Virus record (IMG/VR): IMGVR_UViG_3300025087_000641
Coordinates: 41,405-105,404 of that record
DNA from: a virus
DNA length: 64,000 nt
Reading direction: 5' to 3' (one strand)
Shown: in pieces, positions 9,710 through 19,546 of the stretch
Numbering within the stretch: position 1 is the stretch's first letter
Layout of the letters: every line of letters starts with the position of its first letter
The notes under the pieces: model-generated
Seen by the model: the letters and a program-made list of their open reading frames with translations, nothing else
Database searches by the model: none
Told to the model about the DNA's origin: nothing
Program-made: the position numbers and the translations under genes

Positions 9710-10559
9710 TCCCTGTGTCCATTGCAACGAGAATGAGTCAGACTTTGACACATACCTCTGCAAGAAATGTGCCGAGGACTTTCAGGTTACACCACAAACA
9801 ACGAGGGATTTCTATGGCTTTCTGGCTAGAACGGGAAGGTCGTATCTAACATCGTATTTGTCAAGGCCAGACCAAGAACAGGGGAAGCCTCACGATTATA
9901 TCTTTGCCGCGCCTGCCGCAAGTTTTCACCACGCTAGACGATTCAATTTCTTTACTCGCATGGCAGAACTTGTGCGAGGTGTTCCGGGGGACATTGTGGA
10001 GTGTGGCGTAGAACATGGGCAGACATTACTATATTGGCTATCCATTGCATTTGACGAATTGACGCCACGAAATGTATGGGGATTTGACTCTTTCGCCGGG
10101 CCAGAAACAGTTGGAGAGAAAGATAAGAATTCTAATGGCGACATATATCCGCCCCTTCCGAATGTCTATGCTAGGGCAACCGAGGGATTTATCAATCTCC
10201 TGAATGCCTATGGACTTCCTCGTATTTGGACGAACTCACATTTAGTCGTCATACCCGGCTTTTTCTCTGAGACTCTGAAAGATTATAGGGGCGAGAAGAT
10301 AGCGATTCTTCACCTTGACGCGAACTACTACGACAGTTACAAAACTTGTATGGAGATGCTGTGGCCGAAAGTGGCCCGTGGTGGAGTTGTAATTTTTGAT
10401 GAATACCAAAATCAAAATGATACTCTACACTTTGCTGGTGCAAAACGCGCAATAGACGAATATATGGAAACACTCAAGGATGACGGAACGACAATCACGA
10501 GGGACAAAATGTATGGCAAATTCTATTGCATCAAGGGAGGCATTCAATGGCGGATTTAG
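9702..10559 (+). CDS. TylF/MycF/NovP-family O-methyltransferase with N-terminal Cys-rich extension
   Basis: PGDIVECGV, WGFDSFAG, GFFSETL, IAILHLDANYYDS, GGVVIFDEY, GAKRAIDEY. Confidence 0.9.
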   Translation: MTNPCVHCNENESDFDTYLCKKCAEDFQVTPQTTRDFYGFLARTGRSYLTSYLSRPDQEQGKPHDYIFAAPAASFHHARRFNFFTRMAELVRGVPGDIVECGVEHGQTLLYWLSIAFDELTPRNVWGFDSFAGPETVGEKDKNSNGDIYPPLPNVYARATEGFINLLNAYGLPRIWTNSHLVVIPGFFSETLKDYRGEKIAILHLDANYYDSYKTCMEMLWPKVARGGVVIFDEYQNQNDTLHFAGAKRAIDEYMETLKDDGTTITRDKMYGKFYCIKGGIQWRI

Positions 10560-11431
10560 TTATCGGCGGTAGCCCAATTGGGGACGGACACCCAGTAATT
10601 TGTATAGGAGAGGAGGGTATAAATCATCAGGGCAATATAGATATTGCCAAGAAACTTGTTGATGTTTGTATTGAGGCAGGTTGCAATGCTGTCAAGATGC
10701 AATCTCGTACAGTTGATGTAGTTTATTCGGAAGAGGAACTTTCCAGGCCGAGAGAGTCGCCCTTTGGAACAACAAATGGAGACTTGAAACGCGGTCTTGA
10801 ATTGGGGAGGAAAGAATATGACGAATTTGATGCTTACTGCAAATCAAAGAGTATGACATGGCTTTCCTCATGTTGGGATGAAGCGTCTGTTGATTTTATT
10901 GCACAATACAACCCACCATGTTTCAAGATTGCCTCTGCCTGTATCACGGATGATAACCTGCTAAGACATCATCTACAATATCATAAGCCACTCATTATCA
11001 GTACGGGGATGACAACTTTGCGCCAAATTGACCATGCCATTGAAATTGTCGGGACTGACAATGTTGCCCTAATGCATTGCATTGGAGTTTATCCGGCTGA
11101 TCCGAGGACTCTAAACCTTCGTGTTATCCAAACACTGAAAGAGCGGTATAATGTTCCCGTTGGATGGAGCGGACATGAAGTAGGACTCGCTACAACCGTT
11201 GCGGCTGTGGCGATGGGTGCAAATCTTGTTGAGAGGCATGTCACATTGGATAGGGCAATGTTCGGCTCAGATCAGTCGGCCTCGGTAGAACCCCAGGGAT
11301 TGAAAAGACTTGTCAGGGATATTCGGGTTGTTGAAGATGCAATGGGGGATGGCGTAAAACGAGTATTGCCTGCCGAGTCTGTTGTGGCAAATAAGTTGCG
11401 CCGTGTTGACACTCTGAAACAGGAGGGGTGA
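10547..11431 (+). CDS. neuB: NeuB-family PEP-dependent ulosonic acid synthase, lacking the C-terminal SAF/AFP domain
   Basis: EEGINHQG, AVKMQ, FKIASA, ISTGM, MHCIGVYP, GWSGHE, ERHVTLDR..GSDQSAS. Confidence 0.9.
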   Translation: MADLVIGGSPIGDGHPVICIGEEGINHQGNIDIAKKLVDVCIEAGCNAVKMQSRTVDVVYSEEELSRPRESPFGTTNGDLKRGLELGRKEYDEFDAYCKSKSMTWLSSCWDEASVDFIAQYNPPCFKIASACITDDNLLRHHLQYHKPLIISTGMTTLRQIDHAIEIVGTDNVALMHCIGVYPADPRTLNLRVIQTLKERYNVPVGWSGHEVGLATTVAAVAMGANLVERHVTLDRAMFGSDQSASVEPQGLKRLVRDIRVVEDAMGDGVKRVLPAESVVANKLRRVDTLKQEG

Positions 11432-11865
11432 TGACTGGGCGACCAGATCTGACGTTTCAGATTTCCGAGAGTGACAATGAGGTTTATGATGTCATGCGGG
11501 ATTTGGCACAACGACTTGGCCTGACCGAGTTACGGACGAGTCCCATGACGATGGTGAGTTGGACTGCGCCCGCGCCAATTGTAGAAACTCCTCCACCATC
11601 CAATCCTCAACCATCTCGAAATGCCCCATACAAGTTGGCAACACGAGTGCCAACACGCATTCAGTTTGTTGGAGAAGTCAATTGCTGGGTTGCGCCAGAC
11701 CCAAATTCGCGCAAGTTGACTTTTACTGACAATCGGGAGGTGGACATCTTCGAGGAGAGAGATACCGAGTTGTTTGGAAAGTGGTGGTGCGTACTCCATA
11801 AAACATTGCCGAGTGGTGAACTGTTTGAATTATGGATTCCGGCTGCGTATTTTGTTCTGTTCTGA
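11428..11865 (+). CDS. Hypothetical protein with Pro-rich linker
   Basis: Coupled ORF within the operon; no recognised motif. Confidence 0.6.
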   Translation: MMTGRPDLTFQISESDNEVYDVMRDLAQRLGLTELRTSPMTMVSWTAPAPIVETPPPSNPQPSRNAPYKLATRVPTRIQFVGEVNCWVAPDPNSRKLTFTDNREVDIFEERDTELFGKWWCVLHKTLPSGELFELWIPAAYFVLF

Positions 11866-11869
11866 AAAG

Positions 11870-12394
11870 ATGATTAAGGTCGCAATATTCGATACCGATG
11901 GAGTTATGTCCGATGGCGCAGTAATCTACCTCGATGGTGGGGTGCGAGGCAGAGTCTTCAATGTCAGAGATGGACAAGGGATTACCAATCTAAAGCACGC
12001 CGAGGTATCTGTCTGGCTAGTCAGTGGCGAACAAGACTCTCATCTGTTTGACCGTTCCGAGAAGTTGGGCGTAGACCAATTGTTTGGATTGCCAGACAAA
12101 CGCAGAGTCCTAGAGGAACTTCCGCTTGACATAAACAACGACGAAATAGCATTCATGGGTGATGACATTGGGGACATTCCGCTGCTGATGATGGTGGGTA
12201 TGCCTGCGTGCCCACAGGACGCTCACCGTGACGTTGTGAACTGCGTTGTTAGTCTACGTGGGTTTGTCGCCACAAAAAATGGCGGCAAGGGGGCAGTACG
12301 AGAGTTCTGCGACTATATATTGACAAGAAACAGACTCGATACTGCCCCAGAGTATATGCGAGAGATTGGAGAGTTGAAAAACGCATTGGAATAG
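11870..12394 (+). CDS. KdsC/YrbI-like HAD phosphatase
   Basis: IFDTDGVMSDG, FNVRDGQGI, AFMGDDIGD, GGKGAVREF. Confidence 0.9.
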   Translation: MIKVAIFDTDGVMSDGAVIYLDGGVRGRVFNVRDGQGITNLKHAEVSVWLVSGEQDSHLFDRSEKLGVDQLFGLPDKRRVLEELPLDINNDEIAFMGDDIGDIPLLMMVGMPACPQDAHRDVVNCVVSLRGFVATKNGGKGAVREFCDYILTRNRLDTAPEYMREIGELKNALE

Positions 12395-12417
12395 TCAAGT
12401 TTGACTATTACTGTGTC

Positions 12418-13026
12418 TTATTGTCCCCAAGTGGAGTAGTTGCAAGAGAAAAATATTTGACCAGTAGTATTTCTGCGCTCCATCCTTAAACTTGCAAAAC
12501 AAGTACCGTGAATGCCGAGATCAAACATGGGCATTGTTTCACTTGTTGATGAAAATATGAAGTTTGCGATGGATGTTCCGCCATTTAGAAACACGGCGGA
12601 TGCTCCCCCATTAACCTGTGTTCCAGCAACAAAAATCTTGTATAGAAGCCCCGAGGAAACTGTTACGGTTTCTGTAGATGCTCCGCCCATTGCACAAGTG
12701 ACAGTTGACATTGCTGAGACATAGGCATGTCCTCTATCATCACCCCTCTGCGCCATTGCGTTGTTAGTCCCCATCGAGGATGCATTTGTGGTGAATGAAA
12801 AGACATTCATCACTCCAACTGGGGCATTGGTGACTGGACTTCCGGCCACATGGGTTCCGACCTGTAATGCTGCATGGATTTTTGAGGTCGCTCCAATTGT
12901 AGATGCGCCGATTCCGGCAAACAGGGCAAAGTCGGACTGCGAACTTGATATATTTATAGGGGCAAGCATTTTCGCCCCTCCAGCATCCTTCGGTGAAATA
13001 TCCGCCGTAGAATAATTTGTAGTCAT
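12418..13026 (-). CDS. Hypothetical virion-associated protein
   Basis: Ser/Thr/Gly/Ala-rich, beta-rich; last gene of the minus-strand structural arm; RBS AGGAG. Confidence 0.6.
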   Translation of the reverse strand: MTTNYSTADISPKDAGGAKMLAPINISSSQSDFALFAGIGASTIGATSKIHAALQVGTHVAGSPVTNAPVGVMNVFSFTTNASSMGTNNAMAQRGDDRGHAYVSAMSTVTCAMGGASTETVTVSSGLLYKIFVAGTQVNGGASAVFLNGGTSIANFIFSSTSETMPMFDLGIHGTCFASLRMERRNTTGQIFFSCNYSTWGQ

Positions 13027-13036
13027 GCGATTCTCC

Positions 13037-13178
13037 TTGACACAATTGTTCTAATGTGGTACAAATGTACTGTCTAGACGGTTGCTAGTCGGGTGTGATA
13101 TAATGAATCGAGAAGTCTTGTGCAAGGCAATCGTCTAGACAACAATTGCCACCCGCACAAGGCTTTTTGTTTAAGGAG
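13037..13178 (+). promoter_or_regulatory. Tandem promoters plus leader hairpin upstream of the NUMOD4-HNH gene
   Basis: TTGACA(13037)...TGGTACAAA; TGATATAAT(13096-13104); hairpin AAGTCTTGTGC/GCACAAGGCTT followed by Ts; 15-nt inverted repeat 13071-13085/13127-13141. Confidence 0.65.
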
Positions 13179-13184
13179 TCCAAA

Positions 13185-13706
13185 ATGGAAGAAGAAATAT
13201 GGAAGGATATTCCAAATTTCCCGCACTATCAGATTAGCAATCTTGGGCGCGTTCGTTCGTTTTTCGTCAGGGGGCAAAAACAGAAACCATGTGATACTCC
13301 GAGAATACTTGTTCCTGTTCATCGTGGCAAGGGATATTATGCGGTAAATCTTCATCGTGGAGATGATATGATTATGGTTAATATCCACCAAGCTGTTCTT
13401 ACTGCATTTGTCGGCCAATGTCCAGATGGACTTGAGGCGTGCCACAATAACAGTGTTCGCAATGACAACAGGCTTGAGAATCTTAGATGGGATACCCGTT
13501 CCAGCAACTTTCTTGACAAACGCGCAAATGGAACATCTCGCTGTGGCGAGGAAAATAATAGGGCCAAACTTAATACTGCCCAAGTTCTCGAAATACGAGA
13601 GAGGGCATTTCAGGGAGAATCGTTTGGGGTTCTCTCCGGGGATTATGGGATAAGTAATATCCATGTAAAGAGAATTGTAGAACGGGTTGTGTGGCAACAT
13701 ATCTAG
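13185..13706 (+). CDS. NUMOD4-HNH homing endonuclease, antisense to the structural operon
   Basis: EEIWKDIP..PHYQISNLGRVRS (NUMOD4); HQAVLTAFVG..CHNNSVRNDNRLENLRW (HNH); RBS AAGGAG. Confidence 0.9.
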   Translation: MEEEIWKDIPNFPHYQISNLGRVRSFFVRGQKQKPCDTPRILVPVHRGKGYYAVNLHRGDDMIMVNIHQAVLTAFVGQCPDGLEACHNNSVRNDNRLENLRWDTRSSNFLDKRANGTSRCGEENNRAKLNTAQVLEIRERAFQGESFGVLSGDYGISNIHVKRIVERVVWQHI

Positions 13707-13708
13707 CC

Positions 13709-13942
13709 CTATTTCTCCTTACTCAATGCTTGCGTCTCATCGTCCAGCCTCGCAAGATACTTTTCGCATTTTTCTAGGTCTGCTTGGATAGCATCAAGCA
13801 CTGATTTGTCCGTCCCAATGCTCTTGCTCACCCGGTAGCGCATTTGAAGTTGCCAGCGAGTGTTGATATACATACTGACTTCTTGTGAGAGAAGCACCAG
13901 TTTGGTTTGGTTATCAGGCTCTAAATCAAGAATGTTCGACAC
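13709..13942 (-). CDS. Small helical hypothetical protein (tail-fibre associated)
   Basis: Overlaps the end of the tail-fibre gene. Confidence 0.55.
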   Translation of the reverse strand: MSNILDLEPDNQTKLVLLSQEVSMYINTRWQLQMRYRVSKSIGTDKSVLDAIQADLEKCEKYLARLDDETQALSKEK

Positions 13943-16106
13943 TTTCGAGACTCCTAATTCTTTTGTGAAGTTCGATTAGATGGGTAAAAATTTCTTCTAT
14001 CTTCTCTAATGCAATATCGGCTCGATCAAAAATGCCAGACGGCTCATCTGTTATTCTCGGAAGTCGCATGTTCTCTTTGATGTATGATTCTATCTCATCC
14101 AGCGATAGGCGCTGATAGCCTTCCGCCCCACGGTTTGTGGCGTATCTATTAATGTGATCGGTTAGCCAATATTCAAGTGCATAGTCTGGATTCCCATATG
14201 CAGAATTATTTAAGTAAATATTTGTCGCCACATTGATAGTGCCACTACCCTTATCTCCGCCAGTAGGTGCGCCCATCTGTAGCCCAGCACCAGTAATGAC
14301 ATTGGAGTTGCTTGTGGAAATGTACATGGCATAATTTGTACTCCCACCCGGATGCGTGCCGATTAGCAATCCGACATTGGCTGTAGCAATCGTTGCCTCA
14401 GCCATCACCAACGCGGCATAAGTGGAAATTGTCCCAGAACCACTTACACTTGGCACGCCAATATTGATACCCGCTACCGCCAATCCAGTAAATGCACCTT
14501 TGGCGTAGGTGACATTCAACTGCAATCCACGTAAGGCATCACTGTTTGCAATGGCGGTCAATATCGTGCTTTCGTACAATCCTAGCGCCTGCCCGCCCGC
14601 GGCTGTCACACTCTGCGCCAATTCAATGCCGACAGGTGCGACCGTAGCCGCAGTCCCCAATAGTACCCGTCCGGCTTGTATCCACAGCGCCAACGGATTT
14701 GTGATAGTGGCATTTGTCCCTGCCACCGGAGCGCCAGTAATTGCTACTGTTGCCGCCGTTGTAATTGTACTCGTTCCAGTAAAAGCATAGGTTGGGGGTT
14801 CAAATATTACTGCTCTCTGTGTGGTCACATCCCCAGAGAGCCATTGAACAGTTCTACTTAGTGCGAAATAAATATCTGTCGCCTCTCCATTTGCCGTCAG
14901 GCTGGTATGTGCCCCGCCCAAAACATAAATCAAATTTTGATGTGTCCCGGAAATTGCTGGTTGCGAGATGTATACGAATCTCGAACTAACCATTGGGACT
15001 CCGATTCCGAATGTACTTCCGTTGAATTGAAATGTCGAGTTTCCTGTTATTGCGGACGATGCACTCCAATAGGCAACATGATTTGCCGTTCCCGTGCCTG
15101 TTACAGTACCCGTGCCAGCCGTATTTCCGGGAATCCACCTGCCACTTGAAAATATAAGCACTTGGTCTGTAACAGCCCCAGTTGTGTCTACATCTGCCAA
15201 TCCATTTAGAGTGTTATCGCCACTATCAGATGCAGAGGCAGACCCCACCATCATCAGGTCTGGCGGATTACCAGACAGACCCTCTAGTTGTTTGATTCTG
15301 TCCAACAAATGTAATGCGGGAGGACTTGGAAACAGCCTCGCGTCTCTCATATTGTCCACCACAGAAGACCAATCAACAACGGTAGTGGTGGATGCAAGTT
15401 TTACATAGCCAAGTGGTATCTCGTTCCCTGCCGGTGCTGGTACTGGCGTGAATAGGTCGTAGATAATCTCTTGTGTTCCTGTGGCATATGGGACTCCGGG
15501 ACGATAAACAAGAATATCTGCCTCTGGGTCTAGCCCAATGAGAACATATCGAATCTGTCCACTCGATGGCTTGAATTGAGTCAAGTCATCGGTTTGCGTG
15601 AATGGGAATCTCTGCCATGTGTCCCAGAAGTAAATGAATGACCTCACATTGGCAATCATTGACGATGGATAGGTTGGATAGACCAATCCCGGAAGGAATT
15701 GGAGAGGGTCTATGAATACCTCGTCGCCCCCATGCCATTCATGTTGCTGGTGGTGTGGGCCTACTATTGGGATAGTGCTTGCTGGAATATCTCCAAGTCC
15801 AGCATAGTGCATACTGATAATCTGTTCTTCTTGGTCAGACTCCCCGGGTTCGGGGAAGCCAATAAGAACTGGAAGATTATGAGATGGTTGAACAACACCA
15901 CGATTTAGAATCTGGAAATATCGAGTGCTACTTACATCATCTCTGGCAAAAACGTAATTGTCACGATTGGGAACAAAGAGATTAGACGTGGCAGTACCGC
16001 GCCCGTCACCGAGTACAGCAGAGCGTATCTGTTGAACTTGTTGGTATTGGGAGATGGTCTCTCTCCATCTCCGCCTAGCCTCAGCAAGAGTTGTCACGAT
16101 GACCAA
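13926..16106 (-). CDS. Tail fibre/spike with C-terminal S74-like intramolecular chaperone
   Basis: Gly/Thr-rich beta repeats; LADVDTTGAVTDQVLIFSSGRW fibre motif; C-terminal PDY..LSLDEIESYIKENMRLP..LEKIEE..IELHKRI coiled coil. Confidence 0.72.
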   Translation of the reverse strand: MVIVTTLAEARRRWRETISQYQQVQQIRSAVLGDGRGTATSNLFVPNRDNYVFARDDVSSTRYFQILNRGVVQPSHNLPVLIGFPEPGESDQEEQIISMHYAGLGDIPASTIPIVGPHHQQHEWHGGDEVFIDPLQFLPGLVYPTYPSSMIANVRSFIYFWDTWQRFPFTQTDDLTQFKPSSGQIRYVLIGLDPEADILVYRPGVPYATGTQEIIYDLFTPVPAPAGNEIPLGYVKLASTTTVVDWSSVVDNMRDARLFPSPPALHLLDRIKQLEGLSGNPPDLMMVGSASASDSGDNTLNGLADVDTTGAVTDQVLIFSSGRWIPGNTAGTGTVTGTGTANHVAYWSASSAITGNSTFQFNGSTFGIGVPMVSSRFVYISQPAISGTHQNLIYVLGGAHTSLTANGEATDIYFALSRTVQWLSGDVTTQRAVIFEPPTYAFTGTSTITTAATVAITGAPVAGTNATITNPLALWIQAGRVLLGTAATVAPVGIELAQSVTAAGGQALGLYESTILTAIANSDALRGLQLNVTYAKGAFTGLAVAGINIGVPSVSGSGTISTYAALVMAEATIATANVGLLIGTHPGGSTNYAMYISTSNSNVITGAGLQMGAPTGGDKGSGTINVATNIYLNNSAYGNPDYALEYWLTDHINRYATNRGAEGYQRLSLDEIESYIKENMRLPRITDEPSGIFDRADIALEKIEEIFTHLIELHKRIRSLESVEHS

Positions 16107-19063
16107 TCCACTTCCATGCGTTTGAGAGCATAGTCATTAACTGTCCCGCCAATATTCCCAAACACATTCTCAAAGTCTCCAGTCTTGTTCTGGAATGTAC
16201 TTCCGCCATCAGACGAATATCGTGGCGAGTCTGTCCCATAAACAATATAGAGTCTGTTGTAATTGTTTATCCACGTTTTGACATGGTATCCAAGAGTCAA
16301 TCCGGGATTGACAAGCACCCAAGTTGCGCCACCGTCAATGGTCTTGAACACGCTTTTCTCGTCAGATACATAGATAGTATTACCGTCTCCAGTTATATCC
16401 TTTCTGTTACTTCCGGGCGGTGAACTCTTGCTATATCTACTTGGCGTAATATTGCTCCAACTCGCCCCCTGATTTTCGGTTTTGAATACGCCTGTGGTTG
16501 TAGATACATAGATGATTTGGTCGTTGTCATTCCCGGAATAGGGTAGATATAGACTCACTGCATATCCAGAGGCGGCAGGGAAAGACAGGGAACTCCAAGA
16601 ACCTCCCCCATTAGAACTCATGTAGACATATGCGGTAGTGGCTGTTGACGAATTGCTACCCAAGAAGAAGAGATTGGATATACTGTGGTTGCTGTAAACA
16701 ACCTCGCCCTGACTATTGTAACTAACTGCAATAGTCGCCCAACTCCAAGTAGAACCATTGTTGGAAGTTACACCTATTTGTGGCGCGGCGGCGTTGTCCT
16801 GAACAAGAAGTGCCCAATATCCGCTTGACGCAATACTTGGCGAAAGAATCGGGATGGTTGGACTGGCAAGCGTTCCGCCAAATCCTGCCTCAATTTGTGC
16901 GCCAGTCAATACCCTCGTCCATATCGGTGTTGTCTGATTCAGACTCGTTGTTTTCCAAATGTTGCCCTTTGTGGTTGCTATCCATGAGACAGTGCTTAGA
17001 TTGTATGGGTCAAACACCAAGTCCGTAAATGCTTCAGAACTAAAGGTGATGTTGTTTGTAATGTTCTTCCACGATGGATTACTTGCCAAGAAGTTAGTAG
17101 TTCTTGCAACAATATCATTTGACCCAGATGGTGCTTGTGCGATAAGTGCCGCAATCTTTCCAGCAGCCCCACCGGGATTAGGCTCTCCAGGGGTTGGAGG
17201 TGTAATCAGTGGGGGGAAGTCAACCGAAGACCCGCCATGCCCATCAACAACCGACTCTGCGGTTATGTCAATCTCTGGCAATGCAGAGATTGGATTGTAT
17301 GAAACCCTCATCTCGTATGGGACAAGACTCTGGTTGTTCCAATTTAGGCCACGCATATTTGTTGCACCAGTTGGAGAGAGTGACATTGTAATGCGACTCT
17401 GCGGAACTGGGTCTAGGCGTAGATTCCCGGAAAGAGGAATGTTGACTCTCTTGTATGGATTGTTCCTCTTGGCTCTTAGATTCCCGGCCCATGTGATTGC
17501 CGTGTCTGTATCTGGCGCTGTGGCATTACGGGATATTTCCTGCCTGCCTCCAAAGTGTCCCGCCCGATGACTTGGAGAGACACCACCGATTGGTGTATAG
17601 ACTCCGGCGCGAATAGCATAGATGGTCTGTTGGGAATTCTCGTCAAAGTGCGGATGTTCAAGTACAACTGCGCCTCGTCTATCCCCAGCACCAATGTCTG
17701 CAATAATCGGCAGTGAGGCGCTTGCCCCAGTAACGTGACTGTCCAGACTTGCATAAATTGAGGATTGCATGTCTGATGCCAGAAGCCCAAGAACACCCTC
17801 ATAGTTATAGCGCAATTGTTCCCACAAGTTCCCCTGTGGCAATGAACGAAATGCAAGTTCGAGAGATGATGCCGAATCTCCCGCAAAGTTGAAGTCGGTA
17901 ACATTCCCAATGGTAGACCGATATTTGACGAGGGTTAGTGCCGCCTTGTCTATTGTCAATTGGGATGCCATAGTCCACGCTGATGCTGCAGACCCACCCT
18001 CCAAGAATATGTCATAGGCGTCTGTCATTGCCAAGACTCTATCTATCGTTGCGACTCTGAATGACACATTTCCGGTGAATGGTTCTATGCGAGTGGAATC
18101 GTCAACAATCCACCCGACAAAGACAATGTTGTTCCTCCCAAATGAGTTTCCGCCAAGAGACGATGCAATCCCATTGTAAGATGCTTTCTCAAATATGACT
18201 ATCTGCGCACCTTCCGGGAAATTGTCGGAAGTAGCCCCGCTATAGGCTTGTATCCTGCCATCATATCCACCACTATTGAGTCCGCCAGCGATTTCCTCAA
18301 TCATTACTCGCTGGGGTTGTGCGTTACTTGAATTGAATGCGAATGTCAGACGTTGCCCGATATGACTTGCACCGTTGGAATCCGTGACGGTGAGTGTGTG
18401 GTATCTCCCGCCTGACGATGCATTGGTATAAGTAATGACAATCGGATTCTGGGACGAACCAAGTTGGCTTGAAACAGTCTGTCCATTGGGGAAACTCCAC
18501 GACTGAGACGTAATGGATACTGCCCCAGTAAACGAATAACTCCTATCCCCAACATAACTTGCCGTACCGACTCCGCTGTCAAGCCATACCACGGCAGGCG
18601 GGCCGAGTAATGCTAATGGCCCAAAATTCCTTGTTTGTGCTGTGTATGGGTCTAGGTCTACCCACCACGCAGATGTAGCAGTATCATATGAGGGATGAAC
18701 AGACCAAGGTGCATACTCCTCAACTATTGTTGCAATAGCACCATTCCATCTCGTGATGCCACTACCGTATTCTCCAACATGGAGTAGACTTGCAGATGTT
18801 GGGGTTGCCCTAATCCTCATTTTCCCCTTGTCATATTGCCCAACATTTGTTCCGATTCTAACTGTCATTCCTTTTCGAGCATCAGAGAGATTGCCCTGCA
18901 AAGTATTGCTTGCAGTAATGGCACTCGCGGGAAAGTTGTCGGGAATGGCATTGACAGACCCCGCCCAAATTATGCGCGGTTGGGCGACGGCACAGTAATA
19001 TTCACTGCGCTGTGGATGCGCCCTAAAAATAGCCTTTTCGTTAGTCGTCAGTGCTATTCTCAT
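16094..19063 (-). CDS. Baseplate hub/central tail protein with C-terminal Asp-box (BNR) beta-propeller
   Basis: Two genes after the tape measure; Pro-rich hinge PPTPGEPNPG then SNNGSTW, SSNGGGSW, TENQGASW, TIDGGATW, SSDGGSTF repeats. Confidence 0.72.
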   Translation of the reverse strand: MRIALTTNEKAIFRAHPQRSEYYCAVAQPRIIWAGSVNAIPDNFPASAITASNTLQGNLSDARKGMTVRIGTNVGQYDKGKMRIRATPTSASLLHVGEYGSGITRWNGAIATIVEEYAPWSVHPSYDTATSAWWVDLDPYTAQTRNFGPLALLGPPAVVWLDSGVGTASYVGDRSYSFTGAVSITSQSWSFPNGQTVSSQLGSSQNPIVITYTNASSGGRYHTLTVTDSNGASHIGQRLTFAFNSSNAQPQRVMIEEIAGGLNSGGYDGRIQAYSGATSDNFPEGAQIVIFEKASYNGIASSLGGNSFGRNNIVFVGWIVDDSTRIEPFTGNVSFRVATIDRVLAMTDAYDIFLEGGSAASAWTMASQLTIDKAALTLVKYRSTIGNVTDFNFAGDSASSLELAFRSLPQGNLWEQLRYNYEGVLGLLASDMQSSIYASLDSHVTGASASLPIIADIGAGDRRGAVVLEHPHFDENSQQTIYAIRAGVYTPIGGVSPSHRAGHFGGRQEISRNATAPDTDTAITWAGNLRAKRNNPYKRVNIPLSGNLRLDPVPQSRITMSLSPTGATNMRGLNWNNQSLVPYEMRVSYNPISALPEIDITAESVVDGHGGSSVDFPPLITPPTPGEPNPGGAAGKIAALIAQAPSGSNDIVARTTNFLASNPSWKNITNNITFSSEAFTDLVFDPYNLSTVSWIATTKGNIWKTTSLNQTTPIWTRVLTGAQIEAGFGGTLASPTIPILSPSIASSGYWALLVQDNAAAPQIGVTSNNGSTWSWATIAVSYNSQGEVVYSNHSISNLFFLGSNSSTATTAYVYMSSNGGGSWSSLSFPAASGYAVSLYLPYSGNDNDQIIYVSTTTGVFKTENQGASWSNITPSRYSKSSPPGSNRKDITGDGNTIYVSDEKSVFKTIDGGATWVLVNPGLTLGYHVKTWINNYNRLYIVYGTDSPRYSSDGGSTFQNKTGDFENVFGNIGGTVNDYALKRMEVDWSS

Positions 19064-19202
19064 ATAACCCTATCGCCAAAATCTCATGTATGGGCCGAAT
19101 CCCATCTCTCCGAATCAATCCCTATTCTTCGGAAAATTCTCTACGATACATATGGATACAACTTCTCAGACATGGATGACTACGACTTGTCAAGGCTTCG
19201 CC

Positions 19203-19538
19203 CTAAGTAACTGCAATGCCATTGATTAGAGCAGACCACCTGCCAACATATCCAGCCTCGAATGTTGGTCTGCCAATTTGCAAGAAGATTCCAGCGTTAG
19301 AATACGAAACGAAAGAGCCAGTATCTAGTGATAGCAATTGAATAGATGTCAGACTCGCACCATTGAATGCCGCCCATTGTTGATATGAGGCATAAGTACA
19401 AGCATCAAATTCAAGTCTTGCTGACTTCGTGGCGGCATAGACTGGCCTACCCGTGTGGTCAGTCCCGAGAACAATGTCCTGCCACGACTGTTGATATGGT
19501 GCAAGGCTGGCTGTTTGACCATTGATGGTGTATGGCAC
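19203..19538 (-). CDS. Distal-tail-like protein
   Basis: Immediately follows the tape measure; RBS AGGAG; GTG start. Confidence 0.55.
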   Translation of the reverse strand: MPYTINGQTASLAPYQQSWQDIVLGTDHTGRPVYAATKSARLEFDACTYASYQQWAAFNGASLTSIQLLSLDTGSFVSYSNAGIFLQIGRPTFEAGYVGRWSALINGIAVT

Positions 19539-19546
19539 AGTATCTC

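Noticed and set aside
19064-19202. Intergenic gap with small hairpins between distal-tail and hub genes
   Set aside because: Only short stems (TCCGAA/TTCGGA, ATGGG/CCCAT) and no credible ORF; insufficient support.
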